Assembly (NCBI RefSeq): GCF_009914755.1 | Contig: NC_060925.1 | From: the human T2T-CHM13v2.0 reference genome, Homo sapiens | Length of the DNA: 64,000 nucleotides | Strand: one strand, 5' to 3' | Shown here: positions 1-15,766 of the stretch, piece by piece | How the letters are laid out: each line of letters begins with the position of its first letter | How positions within the stretch are numbered: the first letter of the stretch is position 1 | Position numbers and translations under genes: made by a program | Notes under the pieces: model-generated | Told to the model about the DNA's origin: nothing | Database searches by the model: none | Seen by the model: only the letters and a program-made list of their open reading frames with translations

Positions 1-1059
1 GACAAGGAAAAATAGTAGTGGAGAATTAGCTTGGAGCTAGATAGCACAAGACCTTTAATGCCTAACCGTGAAGTTGGGACTGTATTTGGTAGATGTGGCT
101 ATTAAAAATATTTTGGTGGAGGAATTAGTCTTGTCTGCGTTCCATCTTAAAGCACAACAATTTATATTGGCTAAATGTATGTAAAGATGCAACTTTATGG
201 GCTTAACTCTAGTGCATTGTCTACTGTAACCCAGACATGCCTAAAATCTCTTTGATCTAAAATGTAAACATTAAAGCAAGTTTATTGAATTTGTATAACA
301 TACATTTTGAATTGTATAATAATGTTTAGAAGGTTAGAAGCAAGCATAATTTCTTATAATACCCCCGAAAATACTTTTTCAGTAATATTAGCAATATATG
401 CAGCAAATGGAAATTTGTTTTTTGTTGTAATCATGGGGTTTAGTTTCTTTAGCCAGCAAAGTATGTATTTAAGAGTAGATTCACCTCTTTTTGTAATGTA
501 AAGGCAGTTGTTAGAGTAGAAAAATAATTACCATTTTACAGAGTTTTTAAAAAATTTTTTGAATGGTGAGAGTATTAATGGGGAGTAGGGAGTTCTAGTT
601 TTCCTTGTTTTGAAATATGTTTCACTATGAGAAAGAGTTTAAGAAATATACTGGCAACTGTATGTTTTATAATGCTCAAATTTAACGTACAAGGAAGAAA
701 ATTGGAGAGAAGAAAAGCAGTGTGTAGGAAGGCAGGTTAAAGAGGAAAATAGATGAAATGCAAGGATGACAGCAGTGTTTCTCTGATTTCTAATTGGGGA
801 AAAAAAGTGAACTTTATAAAGTTTACTTTATATAAGACATTTAAGGTTAAATTTCTGCATAGGTGTACACTTTTGTGACCTTTGCAATAAATTCTCTAAG
901 TTTCAGATTTTTTTATTTGTAAAATGAAGTTACATTGCAAACCTTTATGACTTCTTGTGAAGATTAAATGAGCAGAAATACTGGCTACTTAGCTGAGCCC
1001 TGACTTGTAATATTATTGAGCCCTTATTACATTTTAAGCATCGACCTGAGCACTATATA

Positions 1060-1212
1060 GGCTTTATTTTTACAGTAACCGTCAATTTGTGGCTAAGGAA
1101 ACTGTAGCACAGAGATGTTAAGTAAGTATATAATCAAGACCATACCAATGAGTAGCAACCACAGGATTTTAACCCAGGCATTCTGACCTCAGAGCCCTGG
1201 TTCTTAACCATT
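1060..1212 (-). mobile_element. MIR
   Basis: AAGGAAACTGTAGCACAGAGATGTTAAGTAA...TTCTTAACCA core. Confidence 0.7.
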
Positions 1213-1286
1213 TTCTTATTTCTTATATTCCTGTAATTGTTATTAAAACTGAGGACATACTTTTCCTTAAGAACAGTGTTATGTAG

Positions 1287-1607
<321 letters not shown>

Positions 1608-2209
1608 GGATATTTCAATATCTTAGTACAACCTGCTGTAATGTTTAAGAATCTATTATATAGTATCTCTAACAAATTGTAATCTTTTTGTATAAGTGCT
1701 TCCAGAGATGAGACTTTATTGCATTTTAAGACAAGCCATTTTATTGTTAGATAACCCAAAACATAAGGAATTTATGTTGCGACAAAATTTTTGCCCTACC
1801 TACCTTTTTACTCATTGGTTCTAATTCTCTGTCTTGTGGGGAAATAGTAAGTGGACAGCTTTCATAGACAAATATTTAAATGTTTAGACAGGAATCATTT
1901 ATCCTTCTCATCCTAGGCTAAATACACCATCAACTGTTTTACAGACAACACATTTTCATACTCTTCTCAACTAGGGGCCTTCTATTCTGAATGCATTCCA
2001 GTTCTGTAAAAAATGTGCTTACTATAAGCTATCTTTATATACCAAATTCTGTGTAATTTACACTTCTTACAAGATTCTGATATCATTTATCCAAAAAGAG
2101 AAAAGAAAGAAAATTAAAATGTTCCCAGATCTGAACTGTTCAGTCATTATTATAATGCGTAGTTCAATTATGGACTTAACGGAGATACACTTTCTACAGT
2201 GGGTACTGC

Positions 2210-2440
2210 TGGTTAATATTTATTGCATATTTACTATGTACCACACCTGTTTCTAAGCTCTGTACACATAATTTATTTAATCTTCACTATAATCCTGTGA
2301 GGTACATGATGTTTTCACTATTTAACACATGAAGAAAATAAGGCACAGAGCTGTGAAGTACCTTACCCTGTATTACATGGTTTGTACTGAATCTCAGTAC
2401 CAAAACTGAGACTCAAACCTGGGCAGCCTCAACCACTATA
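2210..2440 (-). mobile_element. MIR
   Basis: TTTAATCTTCAC...GAAGAAAATAAGGCACAGAG core. Confidence 0.7.
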
Positions 2441-2730
2441 CTAGATATATACTAAGTTGCTCTTTTGTGATTTGATTTGAAAACTTACCTACATTTTATA
2501 TCAGTTTTTTGGAGCAGCCCATTTGTAATTTGGGGAATTCAGTTAGAATAGAAACCTTTCCTGAATTGAACTCAGTTAATTGTGTGGCTTTGCCTGTTTC
2601 CTGATATGTAAAGTATGGATAATATCTGTCTCAAAAGGTTATTTTAAGGATTTATATGCACACATACATGTGTTTGCGCAGATATCATTAACTAAAGCAC
2701 TATTATTTTACATCCTAGCCTAGTATCTCT

Positions 2731-2832
2731 ATTATTTATTTATTTATCTATTTATTTTAGAAACAGTGTCTGACTTGGTTGCCCAGGCTGGTCTCAAACT
2801 CCTGGCCTTAAGTGATTCTGCTGCCTCAGCCT
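2731..2832 (-). mobile_element. FLAM/AluJ fragment
   Basis: (TTTA)n then GCCCAGGCTGGTCTCAAACTCCTGG. Confidence 0.75.
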
Positions 2833-3172
2833 TAATATCTATATTTTTAGATTAATTAACAAATTATAATTGCATGTGTTGAATTAGTGAATTTTTTAAA
2901 GGGAATATAAAACAATATGAAATACATTCATTAAAATGGTTAGTCACACCATCTTATATTGTAGAGGAGTGAAGGGAACATTGAAGCACAAAGGTAAAGT
3001 AACTTGCAGTTTAGGCAGTTTTCCAGTCATGACCAAGTTACTTATCACCTGAACCAGGGTAGTACCCTAGTCTTTAGCTTTTATAGAAGTAAAGGGACCT
3101 GGTGTGGATAAAAATACAAAACACTAAACTTAAAATATGAAGAATTTTAGATTCAAGGTAAGTGTTCCAACA

Positions 3173-3474
3173 GGCTGGGCGTGGTGGCTCACACCTGTAA
3201 TCCCAGCACTTTGGGAGGCTGAGGTAGGTGGATCATGAGGTCAGAAGTTCAAGACTAGCCTGGCCAAGATGGTGAAACCCCGTCTCTACTAAAAATACAA
3301 AAAATTAGCCGGGCGTGGTGGCAGGCGCCTGTAACACTAGCTACTCGGGAGGCTGAGGCAGAGAATTGCTTGAACCCAGGAGGCGGAGGTTGCAGTGAGC
3401 CGAAATCACACCACTGCACTACAACCTGGGCGACAGAGTGAGACTATCTCAAAAAAAAAAAAAAAAAAAAAAAA
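3173..3474 (+). mobile_element. AluS (Sg-like)
   Basis: Full dimer with A tail; TSD AAGTGTT(C/T)CAA. Confidence 0.95.
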
Positions 3475-3785
3475 GAAGTGTTTCAATAATAATGGATTAT
3501 CCGGAATAACTAGATGGTTCTTTCTGAAGTTTTATTTATTTATTTTTGCAAAATGAAAATTATTTACTTGGAAAATGATAATTTTCAAAATCTGCAGGCA
3601 TTGATTTATAAATGATTTATGTATTAATAGTTCCCATTTTTATTTTACTCTAGGACAAATTTATTTCCATGAAATTCATCTTTAAATGGCACATGTTTTG
3701 AATTTTTAGGGACTTTACTAACACAGATTTTGAAAATATTCCCATTCCTAAAATCATAGAAACCTATAAAACAACATATTATGCT

Positions 3786-5131
<1,346 letters not shown>

Positions 5132-5345
5132 CAGAGAATATTAGGAACACCTCTGTGCATATAAACTAGAAAATCTAGAAGAAATGGATGAATTCCTGGA
5201 CACATACAACCTCCCAAGACTGAGCCAGGAAGAAATAGAACCCCTGAACTGACCAAAAACAAGCTCCAAAATTGAATAGCCTACCAACCAAAAAAGCCCA
5301 GAACCAGAGGGGTTCATAGCCAAATTCTACCAGATGTGCAAAAAT
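5132..5345 (+). mobile_element. Inverted L1 ORF2 segment abutting the preceding L1
   Basis: AAACTAGAAAATCTAGAAGAAATGGATGAATTCCTGGACACATACAACCTCCCAAGACT in opposite orientation. Confidence 0.85.
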
Positions 5346-5633
5346 AGTGTTGGAGAAACCACGGACAATCATCTAACTGAGTTTCAGACTTAATATAATC
5401 ACTTTTATATTTTAAGTGGAATCTACCCTGGGAAGTAGTCTTGCAACTCAGATACGTGTTTTTTTTTTTTTTGCATGAATTGGTTGAATTCATGGATTAT
5501 CTATAAGTATAAGGAGATTTCATTTAGGCTCATCTCAAAGTTTGAAAAATGCTGTTTATTTGAAAAATATTAACTTCCAATTTTAAGCAGCAATTCATTC
5601 TAATAAGTAATTTTAACAATATTTTATTTACAG

Positions 5634-5788
5634 ATTGCCCAAGGACTCCAGATACTCCAAATAATGACCCTCGTTGTTCTACTAGCAACAATAGATTGAA
5701 GGCCCTACAAAAACAATTGGATATAGAACTTAAAGTAAAACAAGGTGCAGAGAATATGATACAGATGTATTCAAATGGATCTTCAAAG
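5634..5788 (+). CDS. PKN2: PKN2 coding exon 3 (start of HR1b)
   Basis: tttacag|ATTGCCCA...TCTTCAAAG|gtaagt; 155 nt; translates (D)[51 protein letters not shown], matching PKN2. Confidence 0.97.
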
Positions 5789-5814
5789 GTAAGTGTAGTT
5801 AATAAATGTAACTA

Positions 5815-6110
5815 TATAGTCAGTCATTATTTGCAGATTCCATAGTTATAAATTTACCTATTCAATAAAATTTATTAGTAACTCCAACATCAGTACTGGT
5901 GGCATGGCACTTTGGCAGTCATTTGTGTACATGCATGGAGCAGGGGAAATTTGAATTATATGACATGCTTGTTTCCAGCTGAGTTCGAACAAGGTGATTT
6001 TGCCTTCTTAAGCTATGGTACACTAAAAAGTATCCTTTTTCAGATATATTTAGTGCTGTTTTTTTTCACATTTTTGTGCTTTTAATTGGTAATTTCACTG
6101 TTTAAACACT
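5815..6110 (+). mobile_element. TcMar-Tigger family fragment
   Basis: CATTATTTGCAGATTCC...CCAGCTGAGTTCGAACAAGG resembles a Tigger-type terminus; subfamily uncertain. Confidence 0.6.
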
Positions 6111-6904
6111 ATATTGTGACATCTGAAATCATTTTGACCTCAGAATTTGAAAGAATGGATAAAAGAATTTGGAAACATGTTTTTCTTTGTTGTTGTTTTT
6201 TTTGTTTTTTTAGGTAACATTTTAAAAATTGTTTATTCCTACCAAGACCCAGTTAATAAAAAATTTTACCTTATGGGTAAAGGATACACAGGAGCTTTCC
6301 ATATCTGCAACTTTTCCGTAAATCTAAAATTATTTAAAAAGAAATTATCTAAAAGAATTTAGTCTGTAATGAATTTTCCACATTATAGACCACTCTCCCA
6401 AGTGTTTGGGAGAGGGCCAATGAAAAGATGGGACATTTTGGCGTCATCAATAATTGCTTGGCCTAGACCTGTGCATTCTTGGAGATCTGGTATGGGCATA
6501 TAACTCCTAACTGAAAATCAGTGTTATGGGGAGCAATTCTTAGTAATAAGAACATGTCCTTGTTGTTAGGTATAATGCAGCAAAAAAAATGTTGTGAGCC
6601 GCTGAACCAGATTATCCTCAAGGTTCTCTTCAGCCTAAGGTTCTATAGTTTTAATAATTTCCAGAAATTCTGAGAAAGATATAAAGTTATAAAATGTACC
6701 TTTGTACTTTCAACTCATGTATTTTAAATATTTTTATCTCTGGAAATCAATTTTTTTATTTTAGTAGATATTTTTTAAATAATTTCTTAATAAAAGTTCT
6801 TACATATTTCTTTTTTTGTTTCAGTTTAGAAAGAATTTGAAATCAGAGGGAAATATTTTTTTTCTTAATCATGCATCCTAACTACTCACCCCAAATGAAA
6901 TTTG

Positions 6905-7046
6905 AGACTAGGCCTGGTGGCTCACACCTGTATACCTAGAACTCTGGGAGGCTGAGGCAGGAGGATTCCTTGAGGCCAGGAGTTCGAAACCAGCCTGGTC
7001 AATATAGCAAGACCCTGTCTCTTTAAAAAAAAAAAAAAAAAAAAAA
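6905..7046 (+). mobile_element. FLAM/Alu left monomer
   Basis: Single monomer with A tail. Confidence 0.85.
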
Positions 7047-8737
7047 GACATTAGGGAAGTTACCAAAAAGAGAGAAATGTGTACTGTCTATAAATGTTTT
7101 AAGGTTAATTATGAACATTAGATTTTATGTTATATTTCAAAAGAATTTTTTGTTACTTTTAGAGAAATGTATTTGTTCCTATTTACTTATGATGTGATAT
7201 TTGATAGGATATTATTTCACTAACTTTGAACATTTGTTATCGGATGATAGAGTTATTTTTTGTGCTGTTATTTTTAGCACTGACATTTAGTTTTGGGGAT
7301 TTTATATTTTTATAAAATGTTATTTTGACCTTTTTTTTAAGTAAATACTTTGTTCCTGGAACTGCGATTTTAGCACATTATACTGAGCATTTTTAAATTA
7401 AATTAACCCAGCTACTGCCCTGTAGAGTAAAGTTTTTAAATCTGGGGTGGATGGATTAGTTTGAGGGGTTTATGAACCCTTTGAAGTTATAGGAAAAGCA
7501 AGTGTGTATGTTGATAGTTGTATGGATGAAAGGGCTGTAGGTTACACCTTATTCTCAAAGTGGTCTTTAATCCACAAAAGATTACGAACCACTGCTCTAA
7601 GTTGAACAGAGTTATGGACATATTAAAAGTAAAACAAATAGATAACCTAAAACAACCACAGATCCAAAGTGAACAAGGCTGTGAGCATCCTGTTAAAACA
7701 AATATGTCAATTTTGCATAGCTTTTTATTTTTAATTAGATTTATTAATTTGAGGAAGACTCAAATGGAGGTCGAAAGCCTATTTGCAACTACTATTGCCT
7801 CTGAGATAGGCCTGCCAGTTATTTCTGTCTAGATTCCACCTTAACTGTTTTTATTTTTCATCTTTAAACTTCTCAGAGGGTCAGAGTACATCGTTTTAGA
7901 TTAGGGAAAATTATAAATTGAAATTATGTGGAATATTAATTTATTCATTAAGGATTTTGTTAAAAGTTTGATAGCCATTATGCTCGGCTCTGGGGTGTAA
8001 GTGTAATAAAGATGGTGCCTTATTACATAGCAGGTACTCAATATATAATATCCTGCTTTTAAGAGACCCACTATCTTAAAAGGAGATATATCACATGTAA
8101 ATAGTTAAAGTGTGTAATAGTGATTTGTTTGACTGACTTTGGAAGCACAATGGAGAATAATCATTTAACTGCCAATAAAATCTTTTAAGTTTTAGTACGA
8201 TATTTGAAAAATGATTTGGCATTTAATAAAAAATTACTTTTTAGGGATGGTGTTGTGGGTGAATGCAGTATATACACAGTAAGGAACTGTGGAATAGCCT
8301 GGCTTGTTCTGAGGAATGAAAGTGATTTGGTGTGGCTATAGTACAAGTTCTTAGTGTATTTCTTACCTGACATATCTGAGGGTAGGTAGAATGTACTTCT
8401 GATAGTAAGAGTTGTCAACTCTAGTAGTCATTTTCAATTAAAAGCCATAGGGAAACAAATCTGAATCTCCAGAAAGACATTCATTTTGTTTGGGAAAAGT
8501 TCTCCAGGTGATTCCAGTAGGGCTTCTTTCCCTTCCCCACCAGTGGAGTTTTAAGTGGGTGAGGCATATTGAGAGGTATAACATAACTGAAAGACAAGCC
8601 AGGTTATATGGTATTTGCACAGAATTAAGCAGTTGTGATTACCTTAAAAGATAGATGGAGCTGCTGAAAGCAGGGAGCTCCTTTTCGCAGGGAAAAGACA
8701 CAATGAGATTTCAAGTTTAGAAAGTTCACATCCATCC

Positions 8738-9039
<302 letters not shown>

Positions 9040-9439
9040 GAAAGTTCACATCCATCCTCCTCAGACTTAAAGAATTAAAGAAGGTCATTTATGCAAGCAG
9101 TAAGTTTAAGTAGTTTTTTGCAGTAGTCCAGGTTAAATAGCTTCCTTTCTCTTGTAACAGCAGTGAAAACAGTGAAGATAAGAGTCATACTTTTGGTATC
9201 TTGGATATGAGGAAGGAGGCAGAGTCAAAGATTATTCTTAGATCGGTTATGTGGATAGACTGATGAATTATGGTGCCCTTTATAATGATAGAGAATTCAT
9301 GAGGGGGAGCAAATTTAGGGACAGGGATGATTAATTCAGTTTGGCAGTAAAAATTGCCAACAGAACTCTGCTTATTGGATTCTACATGATTAAATTATTA
9401 CCCTTGTGCATGTTGTAATCAGAGCTGTCCTTTTTAAAT

Positions 9440-9985
9440 TTTTCAGATATTTTCACCCTCCTGCTTCAAAACCCTCCAATGGTTTTCCCTCATACTTAGG
9501 ACAAAATCCAAAATTCTTATTCTGACTCTGGAAATCTATAGCTTCTGATCTCATCTTCTAAAACACCTTCCTCTCTCATTACACTCTAGCTACTCTAGCT
9601 TCTTTTCTATCCCTTAAACATAGCAAGCACACTCTTACCTCAGGGCTTTTGCACTTGCTATATCTTTGCCTAGGTATCTATTCTCCCAAGTACTTTTGTG
9701 GCTTTCTCATTCATTAAGTCATCTACTTGGATGCTACCACCTCAGCAAGCTCTTCACTACTATCCTAAGATAAATAGCAACCTCTGTCTCTTCTTAACCC
9801 TTCATTGCATTACCACCACCTTAAATTACAATTTATGTGATCAATTTATCATCAGTTTTCAGCATTAGAATATAAATTTCATGCAGGCAGAGACATTATC
9901 TTGGTTATCACCCTATCTTCAATACCTGAAACAATACTCCATTGAAATAGTTTGCTACAAATACTCAATAAGTATCTGTTAAAAC
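9440..9985 (+). mobile_element. L2 3' region
   Basis: CTCAGGGCTTTTGCACTTGCT...ACTCAATAAGTATCTGTT motifs. Confidence 0.75.
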
Positions 9986-10311
9986 AATGGATACCGCTTC
10001 GCTGCCCATTTGTGGCCGTTTATCTTCCTCTGGCCCATAATTTACACATTGTTCTTTTTCTTATTTCATACCTGTGTGTACTATAATTATTTTCATATTA
10101 TCCCTTTTATGACTAACTATTTTTATTGTCAGCACAAGGATCTGAGGAATGGGATGCAGTTATTTTACCCCGTTACATAAGTAGTATAGCTTGCCATTTC
10201 TTTATTTGGTAGTGTGGCTTTAAGCAGCATCATTGGTTGTGTTTGTTTTTGTTTTGTCCTTTGGAATGATCTCTGGGGGCTTGATAAGACATGTTAAAGA
10301 CATGCCTCCTG

Positions 10312-10641
10312 TTTTTTGTTGTTATTGTTGTTTTGTTTTGTTTTGTTTTGTTTTTGAGACAGAGTCTCGCTCTGTCGCCTAGGCTCAAGTGCAGTGGCGC
10401 AATTGGCTCACTGCAACCTCTGCCTCCCAAATTCAAGCGATTCTTCTGCCTCAGCCTGCCTCCTGTGTAGCTGGAATTAAAGGTGCACACCACTATGCCT
10501 GGCTACTTTTTTTGTATTGCTAGTAGAGATGGGGTTTCGCCATGTTGGCCAGGCTGGTCTTGAGCTCCTGACCTCAAGTGATCCGCCCGCCTGGCCCTCC
10601 CAAAGTGCTAGGATTACAGGCGTGAGCTACCGTGCCCAGCC
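10312..10641 (-). mobile_element. AluS with (GTTTT)n tail
   Basis: Antisense dimer. Confidence 0.93.
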
Positions 10642-10656
10642 TTGTCTCCTGTTTAT

Positions 10657-10712
10657 AGAATCACTTGAACCCAGGAGTTTTTGAGACTTCATCTCAAAAA
10701 AAAAAAAAAAAA
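10657..10712 (+). mobile_element. Short internally deleted Alu remnant
   Basis: AGAATCACTTGAACCCAGGAG joined to GAGACTTCATCTC(A)n. Confidence 0.8.
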
Positions 10713-11066
10713 GACATGTCTCCTGTTTATATATTCAGGCAGTAAACCAAGGTATTAATTAAAATTTGGGGTTCTTACTAGCATCTTGCATCGGTTTTAA
10801 GTGTTTCCCAAGCCTCCACATATGGATATACCAGACTGTCCATCCAGGTCCCTCCAACCGCCAATCCTCCAGTATTGCCTGTTTAAGCTTTGAGATCTAA
10901 TTGATATAGAAAAAAGTTGCACATATTTAGTTATACATTTCAATTAATTTGTATGTTTCTATACATATGTATGCATGTGTGATACCACCACGACAATCAA
11001 GTTACTTCCAAAAGTACCCTTGAGTTCTTTAGTGGAAGTGGTTAAGTTGTTGTTGTAGTGGAAGTG

Positions 11067-11098
11067 GTGTTGTTGTTGTTGTTGTCGTCGTCGTCGTT
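11067..11098. repeat. (GTT)n(GTC)n microsatellite
   Basis: Read directly from sequence. Confidence 0.9.
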
Positions 11099-11207
11099 AT
11101 AAAAGCACTTAACATGAGAAATTCTCCAGTCTTGACATATTCCAGACTTATTTATTATAATGACTCGGGAAACCTTTCTGGATTCCCTTAACTAAAATTG
11201 ATTCCAC

Positions 11208-11527
11208 TTTTTTGTTTGTTTGTTTTTGGAGACAGGGTCTCACTCTGTCGCCCAGGTTGTCACCCAGGCTGGAGTGCAGTGGTGTAATCTTGGCTCACTC
11301 ACTGCAGCCTCCACCTCCCAGGTTCAAGTGATTCTCGTGCCTCAGCCTCCTGAGTAGCTGGGATTACAGGTGGGCACCACCATGCCTGGGTAATTTTTTG
11401 TATTTTTGGTAGAGGCAGGGTTTCACCGTGTTGGCTGGGCTGGTCTCGAACTCCTGACCTTAGATGATCCCCCAGCCTTGGCCTCCCAAAGTGCAGGGAT
11501 TACAGGCATGAGCCACCATCCCTGGCC
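11208..11527 (-). mobile_element. AluS
   Basis: Antisense dimer; TSD TGATTCCAC. Confidence 0.93.
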
Positions 11528-12827
11528 TGATTCCACATTTCTTTGGAATTTTCTTCAGCTACTTTTAACTTCCTAGTGCATATAATAATCATCTATATGT
11601 CTTCTAGCAAATTATAAGCTTCATAGGATAACATTCTGATTGATTAATATTTGTGTTTTCACTGGGTCTGGCATGTAATTTATGGCTTACTTCCTATATG
11701 TTACTTTAACATAAATACATGATGAAAAAAATAAGAATGACTGGCCTATTTATTACCTAGATGGTACTAATAAGAACAATGATTGGCTTATTTGAAAGTT
11801 TTCTGTGTGATGTAATGTGTTGTAATGTCCCACTATAGCTTGCAAAACAGTGTTATTTTTTTGTAAAATAAAAAACATAATTTGAAAGTCGTATAATTTT
11901 TTAGTTATTCTTATAATTGTAAAATATTTATTCCAAATACAATTACCAGCATTATAGAGTGCCAATTACTAATAGTTCATTACTTTAGTGTGTTAGGTTG
12001 AGCCATATAAAATTGCTGTTTTTTTAGTTCAAAATCAGACACTGGCATTTTCATGTAGTTCTACCTAATGTATGTAAAAACTTTCCCAAAATTTGTATTA
12101 ACATAAAAGTCAGATTTCTCCAATATGTAAACCAGTCCGTGTACTCCAGCCTTATCTCTTCCCTTGTACATATTATGTGCTTAATAAAAATTCCATTGAA
12201 TGCCTGAAAACATAAAACTGATATGTAATAACTGTATATTGCCTGTGATAGATAATATCCAAAATCCATTTTAAAAGTTTCATCATACTTTGACATCCTG
12301 CAGATCCTCCAGAAATTTCTGTGGGAAAATTCACCTATTTTTAAAATAAAATACAAGTGCTGTTTCTTGCATGTTGAATTGAAATAGTGAAGAAAGGAGT
12401 ATTTCCAAAGAAGTAAAATGATGGAACTACTTCATTTTGCATGACAATAAAATAATAAAAGAAGTAGCTTAATTGAAGAGAGTAATATTATATGGTTTAC
12501 TTAATATTTATACATTTACATTAGAACTTCATTGGAATAAGACACTTAATCATTATTTTTATTGTCCTAAAAGAGAACATTTTAATGCCAATTATGTGCT
12601 AGGCAAGATAATTTTAGTTTAATGCTTACAAAAGTTTTATATTTAAGAGAATGGTATCACAATTTACATAGTTTATGCAAGAAACCTAAGGTTTTCAGAA
12701 AATAGGTAAATTGTCCAAGTTTATATATAATAAGATTTGGGCTCAAATCTGACTGCAAAATACATTTGTCCCATTAAATTATGAGCTTTGGAATACTTTT
12801 ACTCTAGTCTGATCTCAAAGAAATTCA

Positions 12828-13100
12828 TTCATGCCTTGCATTACAACAGGGATACATTCTGAAAAAATCATCAGTGGGTGATTTCATCATTGTGCGGGTA
12901 TCATAGAGTGTACTTACACAAACCTAGATGGTACTAGGCTACATGGTATAGCCTATTGCACCTAGGCTGTAGTAACAGCATGTAACTATACTGAATACTG
13001 TAGGCAATTGTAACACAATGGTAAGTACTTGCATATCTAAATATATCTAAACATAGGTATATGTAGTCCGTTGTTGACCTAAATGTCATTATGCAGCAGT
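12828..13100. mobile_element. Tigger3/MER7-like MITE
   Basis: GGGATACATTCTGA...ATCATAGAGTGTACTTACACAAACCTAGATGG. Confidence 0.8.
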
Positions 13101-13614
13101 CTGGCCAGAAGCTATTTGCTAAATGACTGACTTTGGGAATACAAAAGAAATAAAAGAAAAATTTATAAATTTCATAAATATGCAATTATTTTTTCCTCCA
13201 TGGTATATTAACCTGAGTTTGGTATTCAGCAGGGTATATTTCAGCTCACTTTTATTCCCCTTATCTCCAATCTCTTTCTTCTTTATTCAGTGTCATATAG
13301 TGTGTGTTTGATTTATTGAAATAATACTGCCGTCATCAAGCGTGTCTCTTGGGTTCTAAGAGACATGAATCTCCAGGAGAATACAGGTTGATTGTGTGCT
13401 ATTTTATCCAAATTAGTACTGATTGCCTTAGTGATTAAAAATAGAGATGCTTAAATAATATGCAAAGCTTCTCCTTTCTTATGAATAAGTGCTTTCTAAC
13501 TTGATGCTTAATCAATTTGTGTGTGTATGTATGGATGGATACCAGTCTTTAACAATTAATGCAACTCTAAAAACAGGAAATGGCATTAACTTCTGATATT
13601 TCTTTTTAAAATTT

Positions 13615-14110
13615 CTTAGTTTTCTACAGTTGCTGTAACAAATTATCACAAATTTAGTGGCATAAAACAACAGAAATTTATTATAATTTTGTAGTTATTT
13701 TGTCTGAAGTGAATCTTAGCTTAAATCAAGGTGTTGGCAGGACTGCATTCCCTTCTGGAGGATGTAGGGCAGAATGTTTCCCTGTTTTTTCCAGCTGCTG
13801 GAGGCTACTCACACTTCTTGGCTCCTGACTCTCTTCCTTTGTCTTCTAAGCTAGCAATAGCAGGTCCAGTTTTTCTCACATCCCATCACTCTGACCTCTT
13901 CTTCCTCTCTTTTCTACACTTAAGGACCCTTGTGATTACATTGGGCCTATCTGGAAATCAAGGACAATCTCTGTATTTTAAGGTCAAATGATTAACAACC
14001 TTAATTCCATTTGCTACCTTAAATCTCCCTTGCCATGTAACGTAACTTACCAACAAGATTCTGAGGCTTAAGACATTGACATCTTCGAGTAGGTCATTAT
14101 TTGGCATATA
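13615..14110 (-). mobile_element. MLT1 (MaLR) LTR
   Basis: TTGCTGTAACAAATTATCACAAATTTAGTGGCATAAAACAACAGAAATTTATT...TTTAAGGTCA. Confidence 0.8.
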
Positions 14111-14164
14111 ATTCCTTCTGTCACTCACATTCAGTGTTACTGGAACTAAGCAGAGGTATGCTCT

Positions 14165-14546
14165 TGCATTGATTCATTTGTGTTGCTGTAAAGGAATATC
14201 TGAGGCTGAGTAATTTATAAAGAAAAAGGTTTATTTTTGGCTCACAGTACTGCAGACTGTACAAGAAGGATGGTGCTGGCATGTGCTTCTGTTGAGGGCC
14301 TCAGGAAGCTTACAGTCGTGATGGAAGATGAACGGCAGCCAGCTTGTCATCTGGTGAGAGGGAGCAAGAGAGAGAGGAGGAAGTGCCAGGCTCTTTTGAA
14401 CAAACAGCTCAACAACCAGCGTGAACTCATAGAATGAGAACTTACTCATACTGTGAGGGTGGCACCAAACAATTCATGAGGGATCTGTCCCCGTGACCTA
14501 AATACCTTCCAGTAGGCCTCGCTTCAGACACTGAGGAATTACATTT
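14165..14546 (-). mobile_element. MST (MaLR) LTR
   Basis: GTTGCTGTAAAGGAATATCTGAGGCTGAGTAATTTATAAAG...CATCCAAACCATATCA. Confidence 0.85.
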
Positions 14547-14959
14547 CAAAATGAGATTTAGAGGGACAAACATCCAAACCATATCAGGCATTAACATTAT
14601 TTCACTTAATTCAGAGCTTTTTTTTGAAATCTTAAGATATGACAGAAGTGTTCTCCAGCTTTATTAAGAAGGTCTCATTTTTTGACATTAAAGTGTTTCT
14701 AGGGACCTTTCTCATTGTCACCAGGGTTGACAAATGCTGTTTTCTACCTTTCTTAGCATAATTAATTGGAACACAATTGCTATCTGTGATTAGGTTTTTA
14801 GTTTAGGTTTAATCATGGAGGCATTTATTTCATACTATGTTTCTGAGTCTTAGAGTTATTGATCATAGTAAAGGAAAATTCTTTATGTTTTGTGTAAAGC
14901 AAAAATAAGAAAATTACAAATGTGAATTTGGATTTTGATTTTCTAAAAGATAGTAATAA

Positions 14960-15515
14960 GATTCAAACCTACAGTATCTGTTAGCAGATAAATGGATTGT
15001 GCGATGTATATATATATGTATATACACAATGAAATATTGTTCAGCCTTAAAAAAGGGAATACTGCCATATATGACAACATGGGTGAGCCCAGAGGACATT
15101 ATGCAAAGTGAAATAAGCCAGACACAGGAAGAAAAATACTGTATGATCTCACTTACCTGTGGAATCCAAAAAAAGCTGAATAAATAGAAACAGAGAGTAG
15201 AATACAGTTACCAGCAATAGGGAGGAAGAAGAAATGGGGAGAAGTTGGTCAAAAGGTACATACTTAGAGTTAGGTAGGATGAATAAGTCCAGAGGTCTAA
15301 TACATAGCGTGAACTATAGTTAATATTATATACTGAAAATATGCTAAGAGAGTAAATTTTAGGTACACATAAACATACACATGAAAAGGGGTAACTGTAG
15401 AAGGTGATGGGTCAGTAAATTTGTTTGCCTGTAATAATCATTTCACTATATGTATGCATACCAAAACATCATGTACACTGCAAGTATATACAATAAAAAA
15501 TAAATTTTAAAAATA
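14960..15515 (+). mobile_element. L1MA/MB 3' end
   Basis: GACATTATGCAAAGTGAAATAAGCCAGACACAG and an A-rich end. Confidence 0.85.
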
Positions 15516-15766
15516 CACAGCCATAATAAGATTTCCTTTTCTCCCAAATTGTCTTAACTAATGGAGTTGTTTTTCACAATTATCACCCTGTAAGTTTGAT
15601 GGCTCTTTTTTAGTAAATGTATCTATAAGATATACTATAGCGCCAACAGCATTCTTTTAACTCTGTTTTTCACTTGCTGATATATCACTTGATCTGTTTA
15701 GAAGATAGGAAAATGTTTCATTTTTCCCTTTATTTGCTTAATTTTTCAAACTTATTTTTTAAATAG

